Virus record (IMG/VR): IMGVR_UViG_3300044712_000786
Location: 128,001-192,000 of that record
DNA length: 64,000 bases
Reading direction: 5' to 3' (one strand)
Origin: a virus
Taxonomy: Duplodnaviria; Caudoviricetes
Both the position numbers and the translations under genes were made by a program. The first letter of the stretch is position 1. Each line of letters opens with the position of its first letter. This document shows positions 31,734 to 41,445 of the stretch, one piece after another. The notes beneath the pieces are model-generated. The model did not search any database. It saw only the letters and a program-made list of their open reading frames with translations, and was not told the origin of the DNA.

Positions 31734-31949
31734 TTATTTTTTGGAAGTCAACCGCTTAAAATCCTTTTCGTAAATGAAACCGTAATCAATACAAAAAAGC
31801 CCTTTATTTGTGACCGTAGCGACTGCAAAACAGGGAAATTCCTCTGGTTCTAATAGAGAATCCTTATGTGGGACATCGGCTATGCGATTTTCCATTATGG
31901 TTTTGAATTCGAGCCACTTTTTTTTATTTTTTAAAAATTTAAGGTTCAA
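31734..31949 (-). CDS. hypothetical protein
   Basis: ORF track. Confidence 0.55.
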   Translation of the reverse strand: MNLKFLKNKKKWLEFKTIMENRIADVPHKDSLLEPEEFPCFAVATVTNKGLFCIDYGFIYEKDFKRLTSKK

Positions 31950-32292
31950 CTTTCAGCCCCCGCGTAGTCCTTATTTTTGCCTTAGGAATAGACCAGTAAA
32001 CTTCATTAGAAGGTGGCGCTTCGTCGCCAAATGAACTATAAGCTACTACTACAAAATAATAAGTGGGTCCATAAACCAATCCACCAACAGCCGTATTTGT
32101 CACATTTCCTACATCCAATCTATTAGTATTTTGGCCGCTTTGATAGCCCCAGCAAAGATAATAGCCTGATACATTAGCGCTCGGACTAGGCTTCCACCCA
32201 AGCCTTACGTTAGGATTAGTCGTATCTATTACTGGCTCAGCTAGAACAGCTAACGACAGCCACAATAAAACAAATAATATTCTACACTTCAT
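31939..32292 (-). CDS. secreted fibronectin type III protein
   Basis: Signal peptide; LGWKPS..VSGY..WG...GL..G.TYYFVVVAY...SNEV. Confidence 0.8.
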   Translation of the reverse strand: MKCRILFVLLWLSLAVLAEPVIDTTNPNVRLGWKPSPSANVSGYYLCWGYQSGQNTNRLDVGNVTNTAVGGLVYGPTYYFVVVAYSSFGDEAPPSNEVYWSIPKAKIRTTRGLKVEP

Positions 32293-32584
32293 TTTCCAGA
32301 AACTCTACGTAAACATTTCCATGGCATAAATCGGGGGCGCAAAAGCAGCCCAATCTCTTACCCTTAAGCTCTATTACACGTTTTCTGAAAGCTGAATCTT
32401 TCTCTATTCTCTCTAAGAAGTCTTTCTTAAAGGCGGCTATAGCAGACGCTCTATCATGGACCGTCCGACATATCCGACAATATCCTATGGGATGGGGATT
32501 ACCGTAATATCCATCTTGCCCCTTTCCCGCTCGCCCAATATAAACATCATATGGGGCGAACCTAAGATTAACGACAGTAGTCAT
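32282..32584 (-). CDS. DUF4326 family protein
   Basis: YDVYIGR...GNP...LKGKRLGCFCAP..CHG. Confidence 0.85.
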   Translation of the reverse strand: MTTVVNLRFAPYDVYIGRAGKGQDGYYGNPHPIGYCRICRTVHDRASAIAAFKKDFLERIEKDSAFRKRVIELKGKRLGCFCAPDLCHGNVYVEFLENEV

Positions 32585-32835
32585 TAGAAGGACATAGGTT
32601 TGACTATTTTCCCCTCAAAATAGGGGTCTGGAATTCTACACCAATAAGTTCCTTTACAGTCTTTCTTGGTTATCTGAAAACAGAACTCTTCGTTGTTAGC
32701 CCAAAGCTTTCCTTTGGCTCTAGTAACTTCTAAAACACATGGAGTGTGTTCTCCCTTATCCGTATACCAATAAAACCCTATAGAATCAGGAATTGTGTTT
32801 ATCATTTCTAACCGATAATGTGTTTCCATTCCCAT
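32584..32835 (-). CDS. hypothetical protein
   Basis: ORF track. Confidence 0.55.
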   Translation of the reverse strand: MGMETHYRLEMINTIPDSIGFYWYTDKGEHTPCVLEVTRAKGKLWANNEEFCFQITKKDCKGTYWCRIPDPYFEGKIVKPMSF

Positions 32836-32870
32836 ATTTTATAAAAACTTTTTACAAATACAAGATGAAA

Positions 32871-33161
32871 TTAAGACTTCCAATCTTCCCCCTCGTTAAG
32901 GTCGGGTAATTTTTTATCTAAAAAGTTCAGCATTTTATCCGCTGGACTAGTCTGTTTAGGTCGAAAATACCACCCCACGATATTTTTAGTAAAAATAAAA
33001 ACATCAGGAGTTGGCTTTACATAGAAAGATGGGTCATCTTTTCCGTTCTTGATGGCTTGCCTTAGAATCTCTTCATGCTTCTCTTTGTCATCAGCAAAAA
33101 TTGTAAGTGGAATAAAATTTCCATTTAACAATATAATCATGTCTATAATTTCTTTTTTCAT
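32871..33161 (-). CDS. hypothetical protein
   Basis: ORF track; GEDWK end. Confidence 0.6.
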   Translation of the reverse strand: MKKEIIDMIILLNGNFIPLTIFADDKEKHEEILRQAIKNGKDDPSFYVKPTPDVFIFTKNIVGWYFRPKQTSPADKMLNFLDKKLPDLNEGEDWKS

Positions 33162-33162
33162 G

Positions 33163-33408
33163 TTATCCTATATGATGTAGTCCTAAAGCCCCAAAATCGG
33201 ACTTTATACTAGCAAATTCCTTCTCGTGCCGATACATCCAATCCTCTATCTCCTTAAGCCTCAATTCGATAGAGAGGGCATCTTTACGTGCTCTATAATC
33301 TTTATAGGCTCCTTCTTCTTTTCTAGACTCACATTGAGAACACTTCCCATTGACATGCATAGTAATCTTACTACAATCGTGACAATGCCAATATTTTACG
33401 TAAGCCAT
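33163..33408 (-). CDS. hypothetical CxxC protein
   Basis: ORF track. Confidence 0.55.
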   Translation of the reverse strand: MAYVKYWHCHDCSKITMHVNGKCSQCESRKEEGAYKDYRARKDALSIELRLKEIEDWMYRHEKEFASIKSDFGALGLHHIG

Positions 33409-33612
33409 TTATTCCTTTACTAATTTGAGTTCTCGGGTGACCTTAAGCCCAGAATCGATTATTTGATAAATATGAATAGAGTCCAAGGGCGTTTCGGGAT
33501 GAATATTTTCTTCAAGATACTCTAATACATTATCCTCTGATACAAGCACGTAAGACGTAGTATCATCCCAATCGTTACAAACTACATATTCCTTTGACTG
33601 CTTACTTGACAT
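33409..33612 (-). CDS. hypothetical protein
   Basis: ORF track; start moved. Confidence 0.5.
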   Translation of the reverse strand: MSSKQSKEYVVCNDWDDTTSYVLVSEDNVLEYLEENIHPETPLDSIHIYQIIDSGLKVTRELKLVKE

Positions 33613-33880
33613 GTTTTTTGATTGCTTTTTTGATTTCATTTTGACAAAGTTCAAAGTAAGTAGTATAGTCTTCTTCGCTTTCCGCTTCCTCGGGCTGTTC
33701 GAAGTTTAGATGTTGGACAGTTCCACCAAAATACTCAACTATGCCGCTCATGTATTCGGTCCTAAAGTCCCCATCGTTTTCATGGATATAATCTACTAGC
33801 TTTTCCCCATCTTCCGAAACAAAGAAGGTCCCCCAGCACGCATGAAACATCCACAATATTTTTAGTTTATTTTTTGACAT
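33602..33880 (-). CDS. hypothetical acidic protein
   Basis: ORF track. Confidence 0.6.
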   Translation of the reverse strand: MSKNKLKILWMFHACWGTFFVSEDGEKLVDYIHENDGDFRTEYMSGIVEYFGGTVQHLNFEQPEEAESEEDYTTYFELCQNEIKKAIKKHVK

Positions 33881-34592
33881 AAAGCTTCTTTAACCTATGA
33901 GGGGTAACTTTTGATACTCTCCACCCCTTGTGAGCTAATAACAGTCCTAGAGCCGCCTTTCTAAATCCGCTATAATCTACGTTTTTATCAATTGCTCTAG
34001 CTATTTCAGCTATATTATCAGAGCTAACATTCTTACGCCCCTTTTTGAAAGTAACCACATATTTGCGTCTTTCTGGTTTCACATTTTTTGGGCGATTTCC
34101 GCTTAAGAACAAGCCTGCATAATAAGGTATCTTGCCATCTAGTAACATCTTAATCTTAGTAGGAGACTTGCCGTATTCTTTACAAAACTTGATAAAATTG
34201 TCAAATTTATATGTATGACCATTAATATCCTGAAGCCAGTAAGTGACTTTAGGTATCGGCAAGTGCCACCCCTTATGGTGGAACCTTTTACCATTAAGAA
34301 TGTCTGCAAAATGGAACCTAGCATTCCTTCCCAGTTTTACGCTCTTACAGAACTTAGTAATTGATTTGGCGCTAATTACTCGACCATCTTTAAAGTTCTG
34401 TAGAGTGACGGGTTTACTATTCAACTCACTCGTATATTTAACGTGGCATTCTTTACATTTATGTTTCTTAGCACGAGGAATATAGGCAGTCTTCGCTTCT
34501 TTTACCTCCCCGCATAAGTCGCACATGAAAATGTGAACCTTATTTGGGTTCTTACGAGTAGCTGTTAGTGGAATATAACTCTTAATATACAT
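33867..34592 (-). CDS. basic protein with repeated NUMOD1-like DNA-binding modules
   Basis: CxxC/HxCxxC, then three ..F.....FC....L......L.G......GW repeats; no catalytic nuclease motif seen. Confidence 0.55.
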   Translation of the reverse strand: MYIKSYIPLTATRKNPNKVHIFMCDLCGEVKEAKTAYIPRAKKHKCKECHVKYTSELNSKPVTLQNFKDGRVISAKSITKFCKSVKLGRNARFHFADILNGKRFHHKGWHLPIPKVTYWLQDINGHTYKFDNFIKFCKEYGKSPTKIKMLLDGKIPYYAGLFLSGNRPKNVKPERRKYVVTFKKGRKNVSSDNIAEIARAIDKNVDYSGFRKAALGLLLAHKGWRVSKVTPHRLKKLYVKK

Positions 34593-35468
34593 CTACACTT
34601 TCCTATTCTTAAACTTAATTTCTAAGAGCCCGTCCTTAGTCTCTGTTTGAGCGTCAATAAACATAACTGGATATTTACCCTTTACTAGCTTATAGATTTG
34701 ATTGTAAATATACCTTATTTCCCATTCGGCGTGTTCACTAGTCCTATTTTCTATAGTATGTCTGAGCGAACGAATGTTCAAGGTTACACCCATTTCATTG
34801 CTTTGACCGTTGGGAAGCATCCGCCTCATGGCACTCGTCAGCTTCTTCTTAAGAGCGAATTCCTTTACTTGTTCAATGCCCAAACGCTCTTCCATTCTCT
34901 TATACCAGCTTTCGAGATATTTTCTCGCCTCTTCCACTAAATCATAAGCTGGCTCTAGGATAGGGTCAATAACGACATTTAAAACGTCGCTCCTGACATA
35001 GCGCCCAGAAGTTTGAGAGAAGGCTGTTCCTACCCTATGGCGAACCAATTCATGAGTAAAAATCCTGCTACAGTTTGTTACCATGAAGTTCAGGTTACAG
35101 TGCTCTAAAACACTCCCATGCCCACTATCTAAAATACCTATTATATTGTTATAAATATCCCTAGTCTTAGAGATATTCTTATTCTTTTTCGTGGTTAGGG
35201 AAGAATAGCAAGCTTTAGCATAGAAGCTACATAGAATCTCTCCCCCATTTAGTCCTCTATCTTGGGCTTCCTTTATATCTTGAAGAAATTCAAGCTGGTC
35301 AGTGTCAGTTAAATACTCTGTTAGGGCATCTAAATCTACGGCTGTATAGCCTATAAAATATGTTTTCGGTAATACAAAGTGTTTATTCATTCTCCAATTT
35401 ATTTCTTCAAAGCCGTTTCGATATTTTGTATAATCAGTTTTCCGCCACTTATCGCCTTTTCCATTCAT
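34593..35468 (-). CDS. thyX: flavin-dependent thymidylate synthase
   Basis: GHGSVLEH; RHRVGTAFSQTSGRY (RHRX7SXR); start coupled to upstream stop. Confidence 0.92.
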   Translation of the reverse strand: MNGKGDKWRKTDYTKYRNGFEEINWRMNKHFVLPKTYFIGYTAVDLDALTEYLTDTDQLEFLQDIKEAQDRGLNGGEILCSFYAKACYSSLTTKKNKNISKTRDIYNNIIGILDSGHGSVLEHCNLNFMVTNCSRIFTHELVRHRVGTAFSQTSGRYVRSDVLNVVIDPILEPAYDLVEEARKYLESWYKRMEERLGIEQVKEFALKKKLTSAMRRMLPNGQSNEMGVTLNIRSLRHTIENRTSEHAEWEIRYIYNQIYKLVKGKYPVMFIDAQTETKDGLLEIKFKNRKV

Positions 35469-35659
35469 TTTAATACTAGTAAAATAACAAGATAGATAAT
35501 CCAAACAATAGCCATGGGGAAGAACCAGAAGAGCCTGAATATCATTCCAAAATCAAAGTCGCCAGAACGCTGATAGGGGCGAAACATCTGAAATAGGAAG
35601 AATAGCGTAACCCCAAGGACTAAAGCTAAATGCCAAGATAACATATTAGTAGGACGCAA
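35465..35659 (-). CDS. small membrane protein
   Basis: Two hydrophobic helices. Confidence 0.6.
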   Translation of the reverse strand: MRPTNMLSWHLALVLGVTLFFLFQMFRPYQRSGDFDFGMIFRLFWFFPMAIVWIIYLVILLVLK

Positions 35660-36734
35660 TCTTTAGGTTTCTTACTGGGAAACTGACCGTATTAGTAGAA
35701 GTCAAGGGTGGCGTATAAGATATTTCTGTCGCATAATCGCTTTCTAATACTTCTCCAACTACGGCAGTTACAGTAAAATAATATTGGACTCCACGAATCA
35801 AATTCTGGACCGTGAACGGATTTGACATAGTATCCAATGATTGTGAGTATGAACCAGTATGAGTGCCACAGTAAACACGATACGAGGTTAGGTTAGGGTC
35901 AACATTATAATTCCATGCTAGGGTAACTTCACCAGCATCGTTTGAAGGCTCATTCTGCTTGGCAATGACCTTAAAGAACATCATGGGGGCATTAATATCA
36001 AAATTCGCTGAATTAGTAACAGTATTAGTTAAAAAAGCCCAATTTAAGAAATTGGTAGTCGTAAAGATATCGTAAGTAGAATTAATCTCTGGGCTCCAAT
36101 TTAATAAGACCTTCGTTTTCTTGGGGGGTGGAGACGATGGAATATAACTGAATACACTAAAGGTATCAACGTCAAAGAAGTATGCTTGATTTGCGTGGGT
36201 ATAGACAGTCACAAAAGGGCGACCCTCGCTCAAAGAGGTATCCGTTACATTCGCAACAAGTGTCCCGTCAAGATACGTCTTTATATTGGAGTTGGTGGCT
36301 TCTACCCTTATGGTGTGCCATTCCGTTCCGACGCTGGCGAAATATTTAGTATCGAGAACTTCCCAAGTATCCCAGTTGGAATATTTCTCTAAAGTGATTC
36401 TACCATCGATAGAATCTCCATAGATGCACATGCTATAGTTTGCTCCATTGGTGGAATTCAGTCTTACGCCAATTCCAGCGCAATAGCCGAGAGTATTAAA
36501 CCTAACCCTTGCCTCAACCGTATAGTTGCTGTAAGAGCTATCGAGATACATGTAAGAGAAACCATCGGGAACAGTCCCTCTAAGCATACCATCTGTGATA
36601 GACCAACTCCCAGCGGTATTACTCCATCTAGACGTATTAGCGTCTGTAGAGAAATCATCGTAATATAAATTATTTGTAGCCGCTGACAGTTTAAACGCTA
36701 CAAGAAGAGCAGATAATGCAATAACTTTTTTCAT
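35646..36734 (-). CDS. secreted LamG/DUF1080-like beta-sandwich plus FN3 protein
   Basis: Signal peptide; YTVEARV, WHTIRVEA...YLDG; TNFLNW motif; C-terminal FN3. Confidence 0.75.
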   Translation of the reverse strand: MKKVIALSALLVAFKLSAATNNLYYDDFSTDANTSRWSNTAGSWSITDGMLRGTVPDGFSYMYLDSSYSNYTVEARVRFNTLGYCAGIGVRLNSTNGANYSMCIYGDSIDGRITLEKYSNWDTWEVLDTKYFASVGTEWHTIRVEATNSNIKTYLDGTLVANVTDTSLSEGRPFVTVYTHANQAYFFDVDTFSVFSYIPSSPPPKKTKVLLNWSPEINSTYDIFTTTNFLNWAFLTNTVTNSANFDINAPMMFFKVIAKQNEPSNDAGEVTLAWNYNVDPNLTSYRVYCGTHTGSYSQSLDTMSNPFTVQNLIRGVQYYFTVTAVVGEVLESDYATEISYTPPLTSTNTVSFPVRNLKIASY

Positions 36735-36964
36735 AAATTTCCATCAAAAACACAATCGCAGGGAACATATTCATTAGTTCTTATATTAATACCAATATGG
36801 CCCCGTCCATGACACTTTTTACAATTATCCTTAGGCTCTCTCTTAAGCTTTACTAGCTTTCCCTTTTCTTTCCCTAGGGAGACGTTAAGCTCTTTTAGTT
36901 TTTTGAGCTTATCCGCAGCCTCGTCATCTTCTATGACAATGATTCGTCCTGTTCCAGTGTCCAT
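36731..36964 (-). CDS. hypothetical protein with CxxCxGxG
   Basis: CKKCHGRG...PCDC. Confidence 0.6.
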   Translation of the reverse strand: MDTGTGRIIVIEDDEAADKLKKLKELNVSLGKEKGKLVKLKREPKDNCKKCHGRGHIGINIRTNEYVPCDCVFDGNL

Positions 36965-36984
36965 ATCAAATATTATGGGTAATT

Positions 36985-37557
36985 TTACGGATTGGCAAGA
37001 CTTTGTTTTGGGATTAAAACAGCCTTTGTATAATCTGGCTCATACATAACTAAATTATAATTTATCTCATTAAAATGATTTATAGCTGCTTTTAACTCTT
37101 CTATTCCCTTAAAACTCTCATAATCAAAATCTTCATAAGAGTTTTCGGATATGCGCTGTAACTCATTATCTATATCGAAGTTACAGAAGTGTATCTTGTT
37201 ACAAGCCCAGACGTATTCTGGGATATCGCACTCTTCATATTCGCAAAGCTCTAGAAAAGAATCCAAGTTCTCAGAAAAGTTGTTATTCCATCCTAGACCA
37301 TCGCAGTAAACCCATCCGTCCCAAGAAGTTACCTTTTCAGCCTTTTCAAATCGAGCCTTTTCTCTATCCTCCCGCTCCTTTTCTATACAAGGGCGACATT
37401 GGAAGTATCCTTTTTCACAAATAGTTCCACATTTGCACTTCCTAGGAGAACAACACTCTTCCGCCTGTTCTTTAGTTCGAGCTACGATACGGCATTTCTC
37501 GCAGTAATAAATACCAGCGGACTTACCGTCTTGGTGATATAATTCAATTGCGTTCAT
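36985..37557 (-). CDS. Cys-rich hypothetical protein
   Basis: Several CxxC motifs. Confidence 0.65.
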   Translation of the reverse strand: MNAIELYHQDGKSAGIYYCEKCRIVARTKEQAEECCSPRKCKCGTICEKGYFQCRPCIEKEREDREKARFEKAEKVTSWDGWVYCDGLGWNNNFSENLDSFLELCEYEECDIPEYVWACNKIHFCNFDIDNELQRISENSYEDFDYESFKGIEELKAAINHFNEINYNLVMYEPDYTKAVLIPKQSLANP

Positions 37558-37864
37558 TATTTTTTGAAATACAGTATTCTCCGTTTGTTAATCGATAAAT
37601 CTGAGCATTAAAACAATCCAACATCTTATCTCTTCTTTCTAGAAACCGCTTATACTCTTCATCATTAGGGTCAGTCGTATAAAAATAATATTGACTAAAA
37701 AAGCCATTTGGATATTTATTAGGAAAAGTCACAGAAAAGCATACGATATCATACTTCTTACATAAATCATTTAGTTCTTTTTGTTTTTCTATTACTTCTG
37801 CGCTAACATCATCAAAATCATCGGTATTGCCCGAACCCATTCCATAAATGTAATTTATTTGCAT
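37544..37864 (-). CDS. hypothetical protein
   Basis: ORF track. Confidence 0.55.
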   Translation of the reverse strand: MQINYIYGMGSGNTDDFDDVSAEVIEKQKELNDLCKKYDIVCFSVTFPNKYPNGFFSQYYFYTTDPNDEEYKRFLERRDKMLDCFNAQIYRLTNGEYCISKNNERN

Positions 37865-38853
37865 ACAATCCAGTCACTATTTTTAAAACATTTTAAATCT
37901 TTGCCTCCTGCGTAGCTAATTCCAGAGGCTATTCCGTCTCTAATCTCTTGCATTCTTTGATTAATAGTAGAAGAAGAGTCTAATTCAATAGCAAATCCCT
38001 CTACATTAGATTTAGATTGTGTAGCTTCATACGAAGTAGAGCCCCTATAAAGCTTCTTATTTCCGACTTTCTTAGCTGGGGAATCAGAGCACGAAGCGAA
38101 AAGCCCCCCGCACATAACCATATCTGCTCCAGCTACTAGAGCTTTATTAATATCCCCTATATCTTCAATACCCCCATCGGCTATTATAGGAATTTGAGGA
38201 TGCATAAAATAAGCATTCTGCGATACTATGTTTTGCACACATGAAAACATCGGCATGGAAAACCCAGTCTTCATCTTAGTGCTGCAAATACGTCCAGAGC
38301 CTATTCCCACCTTAACGGCATCAGCGCCAGCTTTTACTAAAAATCTGTATCCTTCGTAAGTGGCTACATTGCCAGCTATTACCTTAGTTTCTGGGAAGTT
38401 TTTCTTAATATATTCTATCCTTTTGGCTACCTTAATATGATGGCCATGGGCAACATCAATGGTAATAAAATCAACTCGGTATGATTCAGACTTTATGAGA
38501 CTCAAGATTTTTTGGGTGTCTTCGTTTACTCCAGTGCTAATACTAATCAAGGGCAAGTCTAACAAGTTAGCCATACATACTAACTTATAAGTAACATCTT
38601 GTTGTAGTTGTCCACTCGCTATAATCTCTCTTAACTCGGGAGGATTAAAACGATGCATGATATAAAAATATCCGCTTTCCGACAGTTCTTTAGCAACATC
38701 CTCATTTATAACATCTTGCATGTTAGAAGGAACAACGGGAAGGTTAAATAAAAAGTCACAGAAACTTGCTCTAGTATCCGCTAGAGACCTAGAAGGAAGC
38801 TCGGAATACTTCGGTATCAATAAAACGTCTTTATAATTTAGATTATACTCCAT
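37855..38853 (-). CDS. guaC: GMP reductase
   Basis: DVLLIP, FITIDVAHGH, AGNVAT, KVGIGSGRICST, IIADGGI, no CBS domains. Confidence 0.88.
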   Translation of the reverse strand: MEYNLNYKDVLLIPKYSELPSRSLADTRASFCDFLFNLPVVPSNMQDVINEDVAKELSESGYFYIMHRFNPPELREIIASGQLQQDVTYKLVCMANLLDLPLISISTGVNEDTQKILSLIKSESYRVDFITIDVAHGHHIKVAKRIEYIKKNFPETKVIAGNVATYEGYRFLVKAGADAVKVGIGSGRICSTKMKTGFSMPMFSCVQNIVSQNAYFMHPQIPIIADGGIEDIGDINKALVAGADMVMCGGLFASCSDSPAKKVGNKKLYRGSTSYEATQSKSNVEGFAIELDSSSTINQRMQEIRDGIASGISYAGGKDLKCFKNSDWIVCK

Positions 38854-39194
38854 TATTTGTCTCCTAACATAATCGTCTTGTCGGGAAAAACTATACTTAC
38901 ACGATTTTGACGAAGCTCATCTTTTAAAATTTCCGCTAGCTCAACCGCCCGTTCGTAGATAACTTGTTCTGTAACAGGAAATCTAGGATAATTTATTAAA
39001 CCAACTATTACTCCATCCTCGTATCCATCCTTATAATAGAACTTAGTAGGAGTTACAGTAACACATAAACCAATTTTATTAACAAATTTCCAACAAAGTT
39101 GTTCCGCGAAAGTTAGCGCATATGTGGTTCCATCATATCCTTCTTTTAAACCACAGTAAATAGTAGCAGTATAAGTTTTACAAGTGTGCATCAT
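38853..39194 (-). CDS. conserved hypothetical protein
   Basis: GLCVTVTPT..Y..G.EDGV.VGLINYPRFP. Confidence 0.7.
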   Translation of the reverse strand: MMHTCKTYTATIYCGLKEGYDGTTYALTFAEQLCWKFVNKIGLCVTVTPTKFYYKDGYEDGVIVGLINYPRFPVTEQVIYERAVELAEILKDELRQNRVSIVFPDKTIMLGDK

Positions 39195-39694
39195 ACATTA
39201 AATACCTTTCCATCGTTAAATCCTTCTAAATTAAGGGTTTGTGAAACCGCATATATTGGAATGTCAGCTTCCTGAAACATAACGGAAGCATACCCGACAG
39301 ACTCTTTCCAAGCAGAAGACTCCATATCTGGCCATTGGCTATGAATATAGATATCTTTTATTCCAGCGTTAATAATGCTTTTTGCACAATTATGACAAGG
39401 AATACCTTGAGTATAGAGAGTCGCTCCCTCCGTTGATACCCCAAGCCTAGCTGCATTTAAAATAGAATTTGTTTCGGCGTGACAAACGAAAATTTGCTTT
39501 AATTCTCTGTTCTCATATCTGCTTAATTCGTCTTTAACTTTTCTAGGAAACCCATTATAGCCCTCAGAGAATATAGAATTGTTTTTTACTAAGACGGCTC
39601 CTATTTTCGTCCTCGGGTCTTTAGACTTCAAAGCAATTAAATAAACGTGTCGCATGAAGAGTTCATGCCAAGACATTCTCTTAACTAAATCCAT
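39191..39694 (-). CDS. dCMP deaminase
   Basis: SKDPRTKIGAV, GYNGFP, CHAE.N, PCHNCAK. Confidence 0.92.
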   Translation of the reverse strand: MDLVKRMSWHELFMRHVYLIALKSKDPRTKIGAVLVKNNSIFSEGYNGFPRKVKDELSRYENRELKQIFVCHAETNSILNAARLGVSTEGATLYTQGIPCHNCAKSIINAGIKDIYIHSQWPDMESSAWKESVGYASVMFQEADIPIYAVSQTLNLEGFNDGKVFNV

Positions 39695-39782
39695 TATCTA
39701 AAAATAACAAGATATTAAGGATATGTCAATGGTTTGATAGTACTTTATTAATAAAGACTATATTAAGCGCCCTATCAACATT

Positions 39783-39813
39783 CCTACCCCCTGCCCAAAC
39801 CCCCCCTCCCCCC
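39783..39813 (-). other. G-quadruplex-forming tract in a ~490-bp intergenic region
   Basis: Minus strand GGGGGG-A-GGGGGGG-TTT-GGG-CA-GGGGG-TAGG. Confidence 0.6.
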
Positions 39814-40187
39814 ATTAGTAGACTTAATGAGGCGAAAGAGAGTAAACCCTAGGCGTATAGTTTTTTTATTAGTAAAGCAATAAAAATACTGAATCTCACT
39901 TTATCCTCTCCGCCTACAAGCTATTTGCCTGCCCCTTAGAGAGTTGTCTTTATTTTACCTCGCGACCATATAGCTTCCCATGGAACCTTCCCTCGGTTCC
40001 AGCCAAATCTGACGAGTCAAAGCCTCAGTTTTGTTTAAGCTGTCTTCGGGAAACAGCGCGGTTCATTTACAACCGCTTTAAAAGAACAAAAAAATGCCGC
40101 AATCTTTTTTAAACAATTACGGCATTTGTGATATCTGACATTCAAGCTATTCTTACACGCACTTAAGGAAAATCCAAGAGAATTTTT

Positions 40188-40697
40188 TTAACTCCTAGAA
40201 TGTCCCCATCCTCCTTCTGCTCTCTGGCTATCGGATAATACGGAAACTTCTTCAAAATTTACGTCCTCGTATTTTCTAAAGATAATTTGAGCTATGGCAT
40301 CGCCAGCTTTGACTTCCCACATGTCGCTAGAGCCAAAATATCTGTCTATAGAGACATTTGTATAATCATCTTTAGCAATGGCGGATAACCAAGATTCCAG
40401 CCATCCCCTACCATTCAGATTGACCGCTACAACCCCCACTTCTCCCCTGTAGCCAGAATCAATCACGCCAGCTAGGATATGTATGCCTCGTTTAGCGGCA
40501 TGGCCGCTTCTATCGCAAATCTTGCCATAGTATCCTTGGGGAATTTCTACGGCTATCCCAGTGGGAATAATTTTTCTCTCAAATGGCGCTAGCTTAAAGC
40601 CTTCTGGGGTAAACAAATCATATCCAGCGTCACCCTCCTTAGCTTTTTCGGGGCAACGTGCGTTTGAATGTTTTTTTAAAAAATTTATCTTAAGCAT
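40188..40697 (-). CDS. dut: trimeric dUTPase
   Basis: AGYDL, DRSG, GVIDSGYRGE, AQII, R..GGWG motifs. Confidence 0.93.
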   Translation of the reverse strand: MLKINFLKKHSNARCPEKAKEGDAGYDLFTPEGFKLAPFERKIIPTGIAVEIPQGYYGKICDRSGHAAKRGIHILAGVIDSGYRGEVGVVAVNLNGRGWLESWLSAIAKDDYTNVSIDRYFGSSDMWEVKAGDAIAQIIFRKYEDVNFEEVSVLSDSQRAEGGWGHSRS

Positions 40698-40932
40698 CGG
40701 CTAGTTTATAAATTTTTGAAGGAGCGCCCTTAAAGCCAGTTCTATTTTCTACGAAAACAAGAACTCCTTTATTAATGTCTTTATTAATACGGACTTGGAT
40801 GCCTACTTTCGACAATTTGACCCCTTGTTTTAAAAGGTATTGTTCGGCCTCGTTCACGGTAAATGGAACATCAGGCCACTGAATGTTTGCGGGTCTACGA
40901 CCCCTTTGTTTATTTAATAAAGTTTCACTCAT
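40690..40932 (-). CDS. small winged-helix-like DNA-binding protein
   Basis: RGRRP, FTV..., G.L......G..GAPSKIY. Confidence 0.5.
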   Translation of the reverse strand: MSETLLNKQRGRRPANIQWPDVPFTVNEAEQYLLKQGVKLSKVGIQVRINKDINKGVLVFVENRTGFKGAPSKIYKLADA

Positions 40933-41005
40933 ATTATTAAATTAATAGATATTTGGCTGTCCATCAAGCTTTTTTAGAAAAAAAAGATTAGACAGCTATA
41001 ATGTA

Positions 41006-41404
41006 ATGATGACTACAATAGAATCTTGCTCAAAACTTTATGAATGGTTCGCTAAAAACGATACATTTTCTTTAAAAAATCTAAAAGACATTGCTCATGT
41101 TTCGGATAACCCATCTGCTGACGAAGCATCTATCTTATCTGCCCTGTCTGAATTTGACAAATTGGGATTAGTTATTTGTCAAAAAGTCAAGGACGAAAAC
41201 TATTGGGTTTTAAAAAGGCCGTTTTCTAGCATGGAGCAAACAGTCAACATCTCCGCAAATACCGCGCTTAGCTTAGCAAACTTCATCAATGAAATTTGTG
41301 ACTACAATAAATCAACTGAAAACTATGCGAATCCCTTGGAGATTAGAGAGAGGGATATTCAGTTTCTTTTGTATTTATTAAATGAAAAAGAGGAAGAAAA
41401 ATAA
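41006..41404 (+). CDS. hypothetical protein
   Basis: ORF track; first gene after strand switch. Confidence 0.65.
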   Translation: MMTTIESCSKLYEWFAKNDTFSLKNLKDIAHVSDNPSADEASILSALSEFDKLGLVICQKVKDENYWVLKRPFSSMEQTVNISANTALSLANFINEICDYNKSTENYANPLEIRERDIQFLLYLLNEKEEEK

Positions 41405-41445
41405 CTAATTGACAAGAAATACAAAACGTTTATACGCTAATTAAA

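Noticed and set aside
3599-40932. Plus-strand ORFs antisense to minus-strand genes (e.g. 4939, 5270, 6964, 20218, 25168, 26082, 27712, 29648)
   Set aside because: Shadow ORFs opposite well-supported genes.
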